The notes under the pieces: generated by a model
What the model was told of the DNA's origin: nothing
The model's input: only the letters and a program-made list of their open reading frames with translations
Database searches by the model: none
Origin: Lama guanicoe
Taxonomy: Eukaryota
Length of the DNA stretch: 64,000 bases
Reading direction: 5' to 3'
Assembly (NCBI GenBank): GCA_013239625.1
Contig: MU056050.1
Location: forward strand, 5,899,366-5,963,365
In this document: piece after piece, positions 24,871-37,289 of the stretch
Layout: every line of letters begins with the position of its first letter
How positions within the stretch are numbered: the stretch's first letter is position 1
Position numbers and translations under genes: made by a program

Positions 24871-25994
24871 TGCTTGAAATGTCTTTCCAGGCCCCCATTG
24901 CGATGGCAGCTCTACTGGAAATGGGCAAGTTAGATCCCTGGGAGTGGAGCACAGGAAAGAAGCCCAGCTCTCCCCATGTTCTGAGAAATTTAGTAATGAT
25001 GATTCGGAAAGATGAAGTTGACAGAAAGGGATTATTTAAGAATAAGACAAATAAATTGGTGATCCACTTATTGGTATTTTGGGATTGTTAATAAATGTTT
25101 AACAAAAAGGGGCTCAATAATTCAACATCCCACATTAAGCCAGAAAAATATTTTAAAGCTGTCTGTAGCTGCCCATAAATTGAATCGTGCAGCATGTGAT
25201 CGACTTCCTGCCAAGAACATGTGCCAATCCCAACTTAGTCTGCTTTATCTAGATACAGTAATTATTTCATTTTGGCAAAGATGCTTGTTTGAAATTAGCA
25301 CTTACTGACCCCTACATCTTCCCCCCTTCGGAGTTCTCCACATCTCCTATTGTCTGCTTAAAAAACTCTGTTTATGACAAGGTCTCTCTGCAACAGAGGC
25401 CTTCCAGAAAACATTTGGCTCCAGATAGGGACTCATAGGAGGGGAGCTGCGGTACTGGTCACACTGGGTCTGGTACCCAATGAGCAAAGGACCACACAGC
25501 CAAGCATCTGACCCACCGGCAAGCAGCCTCTGAGCAGATGGTGACTGCTGCACTCCCCGACTCAACCCAAGATTCTGGGCCTCATCACATCAGGTCATGC
25601 AAATGGTAGGGACAGTGTCAGGGGAGCTTGGCAACAACTTGATTTAGTCCTGACAATTTGTTCCACAAGTTAGTGGTCACTTCTGCCTCCATCTCCTGAT
25701 CTCATGGGGACACATTCCAGATAAAAGGACAGCTTGCCTACTCAGGGGACTATTTCTTAGTGTTCACAAAGCTGCAAAGCCCAAATGACACCTACTGACA
25801 CCAAGCCCCCTGCCCCAGCTGTGTGTTTTTTGTCACTTGAGCCCGAAACAGTAGCTATTGCTACTCCGAATCACAAAGACCCTCCTCAAAACAACTCTTT
25901 TTGCTTCTGTGTGTAGTCTTTAGGTCCACAGGGGCAAAGAAAGCCAGTCCATGGTGTCAATAAGGGTCATAGATGCCGTAACAGTATTAGTTAC

Positions 25995-26250
25995 TATGAC
26001 CTGAGGTACTTACCACATACACCTCAGGCACTGTTTTAAGTGCTTTATACATATTGGTATTTTTAATCCTTTCTACAACTCAGTGAAGCTAGCATTTATT
26101 AGCATCTCCATTTCACATGTAAGGCAACAGAGGCACAGAAAGGTTAAGCGATTTGCCCAAGATTTCTTAGCAAGTTAAGTGGAGGAGGCAGCATTAAAAT
26201 CTAGGCATCCTGACCCCAGAGTCCAAGCTCTTAGCCATGATGCTCTGTTG
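25995..26250 (-). mobile_element. MIR SINE
   Basis: 'aggcactgttttaagtgctttat...acagaggcacagaaaggttaagcgatttgcccaag...gaccccagagtccaagctcttagcca'. Confidence 0.85.
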
Positions 26251-26757
26251 CCTTTCTGGGTATAATGTCCATTAACCCTTCTGAGTCTGGTCACCTAAGC
26301 TTACTTCTGTCATGTCTCCTCCCTGCTCTGCACTTCAGATAATGCAGTTTGATAACAAATGGGCCACTGATTCAACGTAAGGCCGGATTATGAATCCAAG
26401 ATCAGGCTGAGCTAGGATACCCTGCTATATCTAAATGAGATCATGTAAATAAAGCTTCCCAGAGCAATGTTTGGAGCATAGCAAGCACTCAAAAATACTT
26501 GTTTGCTAGATTGTTTTTAAAAAAATAAATAAAAAGAACCTTCTGGTGCCCAAGCAAATCAAAAAAACAATCTAGCTTAAAGCCTTTAAGGAGGTAGGAG
26601 AAAGGACAACTAAGTCACTTTAAGTAGCCCCTCCTACTCCATCCACACACAGATGGCGTTATAGATATGGGCCGCTGGAGCCTCTTTCAGCCTTGAGGTC
26701 CAATGTAAGGGCACTTAAGAAGCTTTTTAACAGAAAAACAGTCAATGTGGACATGGA

Positions 26758-27224
26758 TTAAGTGAAGTAAATCAGATAGAAAAAGACAAATATCTCATGA
26801 TATCACTTATCTGTAGAATCAAAAAAAGATGATCCAAATGAACTTATTTACAGATCAGAAATAGACTCACAGACAGAAAACAAACTATGGTTATCAAAGG
26901 GGAAAGGAGCAGGGGAGGGACAAACTGGGAGTTTGGGATTTGCAAATACTAACTACTATATATAAAATAGATAAACAATAAGGACCTACTGTATAGCACA
27001 GGGAACTGTATTCAATGTCTTGTAATCACCTAAAATGTGGGAATCTGAAAAAGAACATTCATATATACATATATAAATGTACAAAGTGAACATTTATATA
27101 TAAATATATGTAAATGAATCACCTTGCTGTGCAACTGATGCTGACACAGCATTGTAAATGAACCATATTTCAAAAGAAAAATAAATAAAAGAAAATAAAA
27201 ATTAAAAATAGATCCCCCCCAAAA
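26758..27224 (+). mobile_element. 5'-truncated artiodactyl-type L1 3' end
   Basis: ORF2 end 'ttaagtgaagtaaatcagatagaaaaagacaaatat', 3'UTR 'ctactgtatagcacagggaact' and an A-rich tail. TSD aatgt(g/a)gacatgga at 26744-26757 and 27225-27238. Confidence 0.88.
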
Positions 27225-27542
27225 AATGTAGACATGGAAAGAAGGTGGGGAGTGGAAAGGAAATGACATGCTCAGTAACAAGAAGTGCTCTGTCCTACAA
27301 AGCAAACCTCTACCACTTCCCTCTTATTGAGTTAAAAATAAACCTCAGATGTATTCATCATTTGTATCTAAGTATAGATGATCCTTTCCAAAAAGAGGGC
27401 TAGCTATCGGCTGGCTCCCCTGGAAAGTGGGAGATCCCTGAGGGGCCTGATGATCTAAGGTTGGAAGACAGAGCCACAGAGACCGTCCTTCCAGGCTTTG
27501 AAAATCTGTATTGCGCTCGACCCACAAGCCTCCTGTCACAGG

Positions 27543-27788
27543 CGGGGCTGACTCCTCCATTAAGCACAGTAGACAGGCCTGAGGCTAACAAAGATGTTTC
27601 GTTTTCTTTTAAAATCGTTAAGAAATATGTGAACTTTAAGGTAGAAGAAAAGTTTTCCCATATAATATTAATAGATTCATCTTCATAATAACACAGTCAT
27701 AGGATAAAATCTGTATTATTTTTCATGGAGGAAGAGGCCCACGGAGGCAAAAGGGCATTGGGCCCAGGAAAGTCATAATGGGGCCCTG
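27543..27788. mobile_element. hAT-Tip100 MITE (ORSL-like), copy 2
   Basis: TIR-like ends 'cggggctga' and 'aagtcataatggggccctg'; internal homology to 10769-11035. Confidence 0.7.
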
Positions 27789-28120
27789 GGGGAGACGGCC
27801 AAGACGGAGGAGTAGGACGCGGAGCTCACCTCCCCCACGAATACACCGAAAATGACACCCACATACGGAACAGTTCTCATGGAATACCTACTGAACTTTG
27901 GGAGAATATCTCTTATAATCGGAAATACAAGGAAATCCTTACAAAACCAGATAAATGACAAGTTTCTACTTTATAGCACAGAGAACTATATCAATATCTT
28001 GTAGTAACCCATAATGAAAAAGAATATGAAAAGGAATATGTGTGTGCATATGTATGACTGAAACATTATGCTGTACGCCAGAAATTGACACTGTAAACTG
28101 ACTAGACTTCAATAAAAAAA
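27789..28120 (+). mobile_element. Bipartite L1-derived element: 5'UTR head fused to 3'UTR tail
   Basis: Head 'ggggagacggccaagacggaggagtaggacgcggagctcacctcccccacgaatacacc...cctactgaac'. Tail from ~27950 'agataaatgacaagtttctactttatagcacagagaacta...cttcaataaaaaaa'. Confidence 0.8.
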
Positions 28121-28126
28121 TAACCA

Positions 28127-28573
28127 TGTGGTGCTGGTCCAAGGCTGGGTTCCCAGGGAGCAGACACTGAGAAAGAGCTCAGTGTCCAGGATGTTTTTGA
28201 ACATATGCCTGTGGTCGCAACACTTGTAGAAGAGAAGGAAAGGAAGCAGAAAGAACAAAGGGGAAGACTGAGCTGTAAGTCAAGTTCTAGGACAGATTCG
28301 GTTGGCCCCACAGGCAGCTCTGAAGCTGGAAGGGCCCTTCAGAGTTGTTCCCAATTAGCTGAGACGATAGTCCCAGCCCCTTTGTTTCCACTTCTGTTAC
28401 TGGAGATGGGGTATTCCTGGAAGGAGGCTGACTTGGGGGTGAGGTGACCCTCTGTGCTGAAGCAAACCTCGAAGGGGCCAATAGCTGGAGGCCATAGGCT
28501 GACCTCACTCCCAGTGGCTGAGCAGTGAGCCCTGATTTGGAGGATATGGGCCCCGTCCCAGAGCTTCCCCACA
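28127..28573 (-). mobile_element. ERVL LTR (LTR16-like)
   Basis: TG...CA bounded; 'gggttcccagggagcagacactgaga', 'gcagctctgaagctggaagggcccttcagagttgt', 'gacttgggggtgaggtgaccctctg'. Confidence 0.65.
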
Positions 28574-31479
28574 CGTCTGACACTCACCCCAGCGGGCAGG
28601 ATCTTTTGTGGTGAGGAATCAACACCAACTCTGCTAGCTGAAAGCAGGGTCTAGAGGCATCATAGCCCCACTTCCTTCCAGTCTCTTAAGAACAGCCACA
28701 GGAAAGACCTCATAAATTAAATCAAATACATTATGTAGCGCATTTATTTTTATCTCAGTCTAGCCCTTGGGTTATTTTTATCACCTTTTATAAAAGAAAA
28801 TTCAGCTCTCCCTGGCCATCCCATCAATTTGTCAAGTTTGAATTCTGAAATCTATATATCCATATAAAATTTACACCCCCTCCAAGCACATTTTTATCCC
28901 CACATAAAATTTATGTCAGCAGTGTTTTGCCAATATGGCTGCCATAAAAGTTTTGTTTAGACTGAGAGAGCGAGTTCTATACATTGGAGATGATTTCCTT
29001 GGTGCAGGATGGCCAATGACAGAAGTTATTGGATAGAGTGCTTGGCTGTTATGGGCACACATTTACTGGCAAAAATGTGTTCATCTTCTGATTAGATAAG
29101 AAACAGGCCAGGTCTTGTCTTATCTAAAGGCCTTTCTCAAGCCTGTGTTGCACAGGTAGTAACATCCAAAGAAGGGAAGGAAATCATCATCAAACCAAAC
29201 AGAAAAGTCAGTTGAATAAAACCTGTTTGAGGAATGGTGAAGACAGAAAGGGAGGAGGGGTTGCATTTGGAAGTTTGGACAAAGGTGGAGGTTTTAGGAA
29301 TCATTACCTACTGATTTCTCACTTGCAAGTAGTAGAAGAGAGATCTCTGGTTAGATTTTTTTAAAAAAAATATGATTATGATCAGCACCATTTCAGGGAA
29401 GAAACAGTAAGACGGAAATGCCCATTTTCTTTAGTGAAATATCTGTCACGTCCTGCTTGGCTCCTCTCCTCCCTAGATTTGATTATTCAGAGGTAACTTA
29501 TGAAAAGCAATTTCAAAGTCTGTACAGTATCACGCTCATTTTCCCAAGTATTCCTTTTAATGGGTTTTGCAAGTCCTGGGTTTCAGATTACGTAATCGTA
29601 GTCAAACTCCATGATCTGACTCTAGCAATTGACAGACAGATTTTATTATACAATCCCAAAAGGCTGGGGAAAGCTTTTCTTCTTCTTGCAAAGCCGTAAT
29701 TGCCTGAGCTTTTCTTTGCAGCTGCCTGCCTCTCGGCAACCCAGTTGGGTTGCAGTTTGTAGACCACTAACTTCTAATCACCAACTCCAGTTTTCGTGAT
29801 GAGGAGAACATCCATTTGGCACAAAAACAAAGTGCTAGGACCATCCTTTCCTGTCATAAAAATGGTCCAAATACCAGGTCCCATTTCTACCTCACAAATG
29901 CCTCTTTTTTCTGGGCATTGCAAGGCGCACTTATTCTAGATTTCAAAAAATCTACTTCAAGAAAACCCACATTGATAAAGCACTAGGGGTAGATGATATG
30001 GGTGAATATAAGTGAGAAGGTAGAAACAGAAAATGTAAAAGTATGTATTTGCTTTAAATAAAGGTTACATGATGGTCCCTCTTCAACACCGGCACTCCCC
30101 AATACTCACAACTGGTACATATAAGTGCACCCACAGTTTTTGATAAGTGGCCTTGTAACCTGCTTGAGCCTTTCTTTACTTTATATAGCTTTAGTTTTAC
30201 CAACACAATCCCCATCCTAGGGCATAGGAGAGTGGCCTGTATACACTTGGTTCTCAACATGAGTACGTGACTTATTGAAAGAATGAATGAATAAATATGT
30301 ACTGAACACCTATCTTAAAATGGAATTACTGATAACCAAAAGTGAGAGTATATGTGAAAACAGTTAACAGAGGTCCTGGCACTTAATATACGTTGTTTTC
30401 GCTTTTTAGTGCAAAATATATTCAAAACATACTTGATGGAAGAGAAGACACAATCAGAACCTCAAATTTGATTCCTGAGATGCTGAATATTTTCTTCAAA
30501 ATAATTCCAAACTCTTAAGTAAAACCAGGGAGCTCTCTGTATAAGCATGAGTATCTATTTCTCCAGTATCTCAATTAAATTGTGGAAGATGGAATAATCA
30601 ATTTAAGAACACTTTAGTGACCAATAACAATACTTCTGTATAGACGCATACACACATACAAACAAAAGGGACAGGATAATCACCATAAATTCAGACTTAG
30701 TATGTGATAAATACTGTTTTCCATCTTAAACAAGGAAACTAAAGATCTTAATCAAAATCTTTAACCCATGGTCCATTACTTGCATACTTATATTCTCATA
30801 GGAGGACTGATTACACAGGGCAATCAGTGACCAGTGAGTGCCTAATGCAAGGAGAAAATCCACATGGAAACTAAGTGGAAGGGCTAGCGTTCTCCTTTAA
30901 CTAGTAGTGGTTGCTGGGAAGAAGAGATTATACAGAAAAATGCAGCATGTATGCACCCCCACACACAGACTCTGGATTTTTGACAATACTTATTAAAATT
31001 TCAAGAGAATATAACAATATTCAGATATCATAGCCTGTGTTCAGGTGCTAAAATAAAACATCAAACAAGAGACAGATTTGTGCATCTGCTGATTCACCAA
31101 ACTAATATTTTCATGACCCTAAGATAGTATTAGTTGGTTCCACCCCTAGCTGTGCAACTACAGAGATTGATGAGATAAACTTGATGCTCGACTTTGACAT
31201 CTGTGAGAGTAAGTTAAGTTTGAAGCTTGTCAAAAGTCTGACAGTTTCTCTTTAAAAATAAATTACCCAGAATATTAAATGATGTTTTATGTACAGGCGC
31301 ATTCAATTTGATTTCTGCAGTATCATAGAAATTACCAAGCATGGTGTTGGAGGTTTTAGGTGGAAAAAAACCTTTCAACATTTATTCTGAATTTGGATTC
31401 TGAACCCCTGAGGGTGGCTCCTTTTCAAAAAATCTTTCCAGTTACAAAGGTCTTAAAGGCTTCATTACTAACTGTGCTT

Positions 31480-31612
31480 GGTTGTTGTTTTCTTTGAGGG
31501 GGGGATAATTAGGTTTATTTATCTATGCTTAGGGGAGGTACTGGGGATTGAACCCAGGACCCTGTGCATGCTAAGCATGCGCTCTACCACTTGAGTTATA
31601 CCTTCTCCCCAA
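31480..31612 (-). mobile_element. Vic-1-type camelid tRNA-derived SINE
   Basis: Minus strand GGGGAGAAGGTATAACTCAAGTGGTAGAGCGCATGCTTAGCATGCACAGGGTCCTGGGTTCAATCCCCAGTACC. TSD taactgtgctt at 31469-31479 and 31613-31623. Confidence 0.9.
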
Positions 31613-31999
31613 TAACTGTGCTTTGAAAGCATAAAACATCATACGCTTGCTTGTAATCTAGGAGGCTCTCAAGAAAAACTGTTGAAGTGTGCTGTGACTT
31701 TGTCTCCTCTTGAAGATTCCTTGTATGGGGGGACAGGGAAGAGGACCTCTTGGCTCCAAAAATTAGAGATCTACTAAGAAACTTTGACACAGCTTTCCCT
31801 ATTGTACAGTTCAGTGGAAGAAGAAACAATGCTGGCAATTTGTAGCATCAGTGCCAGTGTTGGTCAACCAGATGATTCTCAATAGCTGTGCTCCAGAGCT
31901 GAGACCTCAAGTCCAATGGAAGTAGGAAGCACAGGCCTCTTAGGATGGGGATTGTAGAGCTCTGAACCAGTCTAACATTAACCTTCTTGTGCTGCTTGA

Positions 32000-32161
32000 A
32001 TCACTGCATCAAAATCACCTGGGCAGTCATTACCAAAGCATATTCCTGAGCCATATCCTAAATCTACTGAACCAGACTCTAGATTGGGGAAATGTCTTTG
32101 AACTGCAGGTTTAGCTATCACACTCTAGGTGACTGTCATGAATCAAACTTTGGGAACCACT
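32000..32161. mobile_element. MER5-like hAT MITE
   Basis: 'tgcatcaaaatcacctggg...ctactgaaccagactct...aactttgggaaccact'. Confidence 0.65.
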
Positions 32162-32989
32162 AAATTGATGCTTCAGATAGTGGGCTAACATCCCAAGGTA
32201 TAGATCTTCAAGGATGCTTGCCATGTGAAAAGGACTTTACTTATCTTAAAGCAAAACCTGAAAATGGCAGCCAAGACTACAGAAATATATATGAGTCGAC
32301 GGATAGGAGTTTGGTAAGAAATTTCATCACTACAGGCTTTCTTCTCTCCATCAACAGAGCTTACATATTACTGACTACATTTTCAAATGTTCTGTCCATT
32401 TTCAGTAGAGATGCTCAGGACTATGACTGAAAAAGCAGCCACCACCATGACCCACTCAGACTTAGTGATCACTTCTGAAAGCTTTATGGACTAGATTATG
32501 CAAAGTGGGGGCCTAGGGTCATTTCTAATTTCTGGTTAACTGTAGATTAAGCAGAATTTCGATGCAACTTCCAATGTGGGAAATCCTTCTCAAATGTCAT
32601 TTCTTTTTCTGTATCTGAAAGAAGTCTAGACTGGTGACTATATCTGAATTACTTCTAGAGTACCCACAACTCTGCTGGGCCTCAGGGTCTCCTGAACGTA
32701 CCGATGGTCAGGAGCACAAGACTACATCCAGTAAATTCCAGGACAACATAGCTGTTGGTTTTATTGTAATCAAAACAATTCTGAATGTTTTTATATCTCC
32801 TATCTTCATTTTTTTAAACATTTTATTATGATTTATCTTTCTTCAAAGAGGGTTGGGGACAAGGTAGTTGAAGGGGCAGAACCAGCAAAGACATTGGTGT
32901 AATTCTGGGCTCTAGGTAATTGGGCCTCAGTTAGAAAAAGAGTTGACTGTATCTGAGACATTAAGTGGCTACACTTTCTACACGCTGTC

Positions 32990-33205
32990 CAGCATTTCCC
33001 AAAACTCCTTCCCAGGATGTGAATTACACGTAAAAGTCGTCAAGTTAAGTTTGAGAAACATTGAGCTATTCAAAGTTAACTGATGTCTTTCCTGTAGTAC
33101 TTCCAAGAGCTTTTATTATGCTAATCTGTGCTCAGAATCTCCAGGAGAAAACCAGAGAATGTAGCTTTGCACAGTCCTTTTCCATAGAGCATCTTATGGG
33201 AGTGG
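32990..33205. mobile_element. hAT-Charlie-type DNA transposon fragment
   Basis: 'cagcatttcccaaa...aagtttgagaaaca...agagcttttattatgctaat...gaatctccag'. Confidence 0.5.
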
Positions 33206-33369
33206 TTTCCCACCCCTTCCCACAGCCACCCAAATGAGTCCTGCTCCGAGAGACTGTCCTGACCGTTTTCTCTAAGGGAGCCCCAATCCCCCAATCCCAC
33301 TCTGCTCTATCCCTTTAGTTGCCTTTATTTGCTCCTTGGCACTTAGCACTACCCAGTCAAAATATGGTC

Positions 33370-33882
33370 TTTTCTGTTTTTAATTGAAATCTACTCGGTC
33401 TACACCGTTGTGTTAATTTCTGGTGTACAAAATAGTGAGTCAATTATACATAAATATGTATGTTCCTTTTCATATTCTTTCATTACGGGCTATTATAAGC
33501 TATTGAATGTAGTTGCCCATATGATACAGTGGGACCTTGTTGTTTATCTATGTTATCTATAGTAGTTTGTATGTGCCAATCCCAAACTCCCAATTTAGCC
33601 CTTCCTACCCTTTGGTGACCATAAGATTGTTTTCTATGTCTGTGAGTCTGTTTCTGTTTTGTAAAAATGTTCATTTGTCTCATTATTTTAGATTCCACAT
33701 ATTAAGTGATATCACATGCTATTTTTCTTTCTGGCTTACTTCCGTTAATATGATGATCTTCAGGTCCATCCATGTTGCTGTAAATGGCATTATTTTATTT
33801 TTTTTAATGGCTGAGTAGTATTCTGAGTAGTATTGTGTACATATACACAACTTCTTTAACCAATCATCTGTCCATGGACATG
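33370..33882 (-). mobile_element. 5'-truncated L1 3' end, inserted into an L2 3' end
   Basis: Antisense ORF2 end and 3'UTR ('ttagattccacatattaagtgatatc', 'ccatccatgttgctgtaaatggcatt'). L2 flanks at about 33290-33365 and 33885-34030. Confidence 0.88.
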
Positions 33883-34589
33883 TTTGCTTATCTATTTTTG
33901 TTCATCTCCCCTACTAGATCAGAAGCCCAAGACCAGAGCTTGTGTCTCTTTGATACAACTGTTACATTTGTAGTGACTAGAACAGTGCCAAACATGTATT
34001 AGGAACCCAATCAATATTTGTCAAAATAAAAAACAGATTAAACGTCTGATTAATTCCCTTTTGGTCACCAGATACCAAGTAACATTAACCTTGAAACCAA
34101 GTGATCAAACCAGTATTACTGCCCAAAATCATCATACAGCACAGATAAAAAGTCTTCAAATTCTTCTGAAGGAGGGAGGTGGCCTTTCCTAACTGCCTCG
34201 TGGGCAGGTCCAAACTATGCTGCTCTGCAGTGTCAGCTGAATTGTCACATTTTCCCAAATCAAACCTTTGAGATTTAGCCTATCCTGAAAAGTTGCCTGA
34301 AATATCTGTCTTGCATCCTGGTCCTGTATCATTTAGAGATGACAAAACAGTATTTCTGTGTTCAGTAAGAGAATAACAAAGTGAATTGCCTATACTGTTA
34401 ACTTAGTTTCTAGTGGCTAATCCTCACAAGTCAAGGCCAAGCTGGTATTACAGTCAATACCCTAAACCACATCACAGACTAGAAAATGGAGGTTTTTAGC
34501 CACCCTGAACATGGGAAAGTGTGAAGATAAAGGACAAAGAATTACAGCATTTCATAAATAGAAATGAAGCTAGACTGATGAAAGAACGA

Positions 34590-34639
34590 AAGGAAGGAAG
34601 GAAGGAAGGAAGGAAGGCAGGCAGGCAGGCAGGCAGGCA
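34590..34639 (+). repeat. Compound (GGAA)n(GGCA)n microsatellite
   Basis: Direct reading. Confidence 0.95.
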
Positions 34640-35423
34640 ACACAAATGAATTCTAAGGGTAAGATGGTAGAATGAGGATTGTTCACACAAAATCTGTGAC
34701 CAAAATTTAATGAATAATAAACATAAATTATGAAAAAAATAGGCAGCCAACAGAGCAGCTCATCTTCATGCCACAATCTTTAAAAAATGGCAGCCAAGAG
34801 CAATGAGAACTAGAGGATTCTTTGAATCTTCTACAGCTCTCATCAAGCCCTTATCTCCCACAGATCAGTACAGTGGAAAGAAGGTGGGTGGATTAAAACC
34901 CTGAAAGTTGACTGAAAGGAAAAGATTTGGAAAATGTCTCAAGAAGAGGTCACCCCTTACCACTTCGGTATCTTGCCAGGAAGATAAAGTTCAGGAAGGT
35001 CAGGGAGGCTTCATTTTGGTTCTTGTGTTAGTACAGATACTAGAATGAGAAGTCAAGACAAGCATAGCAACCTACAGATAATTTTTTCTGGCAACAACTG
35101 AGAGTAGGCAGAGTAGAAAACAAACAAGAAATTAAATAAGACAAAATTGTTTGAAGGAGTTAAGGGCTCAGAAAGAAGAGGCACATGGACATGCCCTGAT
35201 GAATTCCCCCTCAAGTATGCAGGGTAATAGTTGTTGGTGGCCGAAACCCAAACGTTTGCATTTTGTTTTAATAACTGTCTAAGATAGGAGGGTGAAGTGG
35301 GAAAAGTTTGATTTGTAGCATTAAATGCTTGTTGGAAGGGAAGGTTCCAGGCTTCATCTTGAGTTTGAGGTCCACCTGGAGCTGAAGGCATCTACATGGA
35401 AGAAATGGTTCTGCCACGTGGGG

Positions 35424-35572
35424 CAGTGGTTCCCAGTCCTCAGGACACACTGGAGTCGCCACCAGGGGAGGTGCTGAGTGTACCTGGCCAAACCAAGGGA
35501 ACCAAGCTCTTTGGAGTGAAGGCCCAGGCATTGGTACTCTAAGAAAGTCTTCCCCCAGATGACTGTGATGCC
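35424..35572. mobile_element. MER5-like hAT MITE
   Basis: 'cagtggttcccag...ggcccaggcattggtactctaagaaagtcttccccagatgactgtgatg'. Confidence 0.55.
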
Positions 35573-35899
35573 TAGTGAGGATAAAAAAAAAAAAAATCAC
35601 TGAACGGAGTAGGAAAAAAATCCTATTATAAGCTTTTTTCTTTTTTTTAAATTACGGTCATGAAAGTCGGGATCCACTAACTGCGACTGCCCTTGCGCCA
35701 CAAAATGTGAATAGAACACCCAGTGCCTAGTCTTCAAACTGACGCTCTTCAAGAGATACAAAGTGAGAGGGCGTGAAGAGGACATCATCACGCCACTTAC
35801 AGAATCTGTCTCAGACAAGCCTGTAACTTATACGTGAATACAAGGAAAAGCTGTAGAACAGGTCTGCACAAGCACGACAGGAAAGGGGTGGGGAGAAAA

Positions 35900-37215
35900 C
35901 AAGGGAACGAAAGAAGGGAGTCCGTGCTTGAAGAAAACATTCTCCACTCAAGAGAAGAAATATTTCAAGAGCACATAGTCACTGAAACGACACATCAAAG
36001 CCAAATGATAAAACAATGGAATGATAAGAATGAGATCAAAAGGGAGACTACAGAGCTAAGAAAACAAACTGAAAACCAAATCCGCATTACTGAACTCTGA
36101 AACATATGATGTATCCAAAAAAATGATGACAGAAGAAAGCAGAGGTTATGATATTAATATCAGGAAAGACTGAATTCAAGGAAAAAAAGAGTTTTGATAA
36201 AGGACACCATCCGCAATGAGGACCTAACTGCTATAAACATTCATATACCAAACAACAGAATCCGAACACATAGAACATAAACTATATAAAGTGCAAGGAG
36301 AAACCTCTAAAAACCAGTAGGAGTAGATCGTAACACATCTGTCAGCTAAGACAAAAATATCACCAACAATAGCCAGGAAAATTCTGAAAGAGGAACAGCC
36401 TAAGAGAACAGAAGTAAGAGCATTCTGAAGCTGCAAACATTAAAAGAGTTTAATAATGGAGAAGAAATAGGTAAATCAATGGAATACAGGAGAGTTCAGA
36501 ATTAGACTAATATACACATGAAGATTTAGTGTAAGACAAAGGTGGCATTTCTTATCAGCAAAGAAGACATGTTTAATTTATTTCATGATATTAATGTGAT
36601 GTGACTCTCAGAAAAGAGCTTACTTTCTTCCTCATTTATTATAATGAAATAAATCCTCAATGGATCAACTATTTCAACAGTGAACCATAACAAAACCATA
36701 AAATTGTGAGGTGAAAACATATGGAAATTATTTCATAAATTTGAAGTTAGAAGCCCTTTCTAGGCTGGATACAAACCTCAGAATCCAAAGAGAAAAAAGA
36801 CAAGTAAAATTTACTACAAACAAATGTAAGGGTTTTCTTTAATTGAAAATGTCAAAAACAAAAGACAGACTGGAAGAGTGTTTGCAGCATGTATGACAAA
36901 TGACTATGTCCCTTCATTTACAATAAGATTGTGCAAATCGATGACTAAAGAATGAACACCCCTCAAAGAAAATCAGGCAAACAATTTTAACAGGCATTTC
37001 TCAGGAAAAGAAATACAAATGGCCACTAAACATTTGTAAAGATGCTCAACCTCATTCATGATGAATGAAATGCAAATACAAACAGCAATGAAGATGCCTC
37101 TTTCACCCATCAGATTGTCAATAATTCAGAAGCTCACAAGATGAGGAGTAACAGACACTCTCATACACTGTGGGTGGAAACACAAGTTGGTCCCACCTCT
37201 GGGGAGGAAAATTAA
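35900..37215 (+). mobile_element. Highly degraded ancient L1 (L1ME-like) fragments
   Basis: Endonuclease-region and 3' ORF2 remnants: 'aaagatgctcaacctcattcatgatgaatgaaatgcaaat', 'cacccatcagattg', 'acactctcatacactgtgggtgg'. Confidence 0.65.
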
Positions 37216-37289
37216 GCACCAGGGGCATTCTACGTATCCAAGAACAACTACTCCTGGAAAGGGGGCCACTTGCAGGAAATCTTCTTAAA

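Noticed and set aside
27770..28135. TSD around the bipartite L1 element (aaagtcataatggggccct vs aaaataaccatgtggtgct)
   Set aside because: Only 12/19 identity, and each side is explained by a neighbouring element (MITE end and LTR end).
32699..32748. Minus-strand 50-nt exon candidate (YVVLEFTGCSLVLLTI)
   Set aside because: Purine-rich acceptor context and no recognisable homology.
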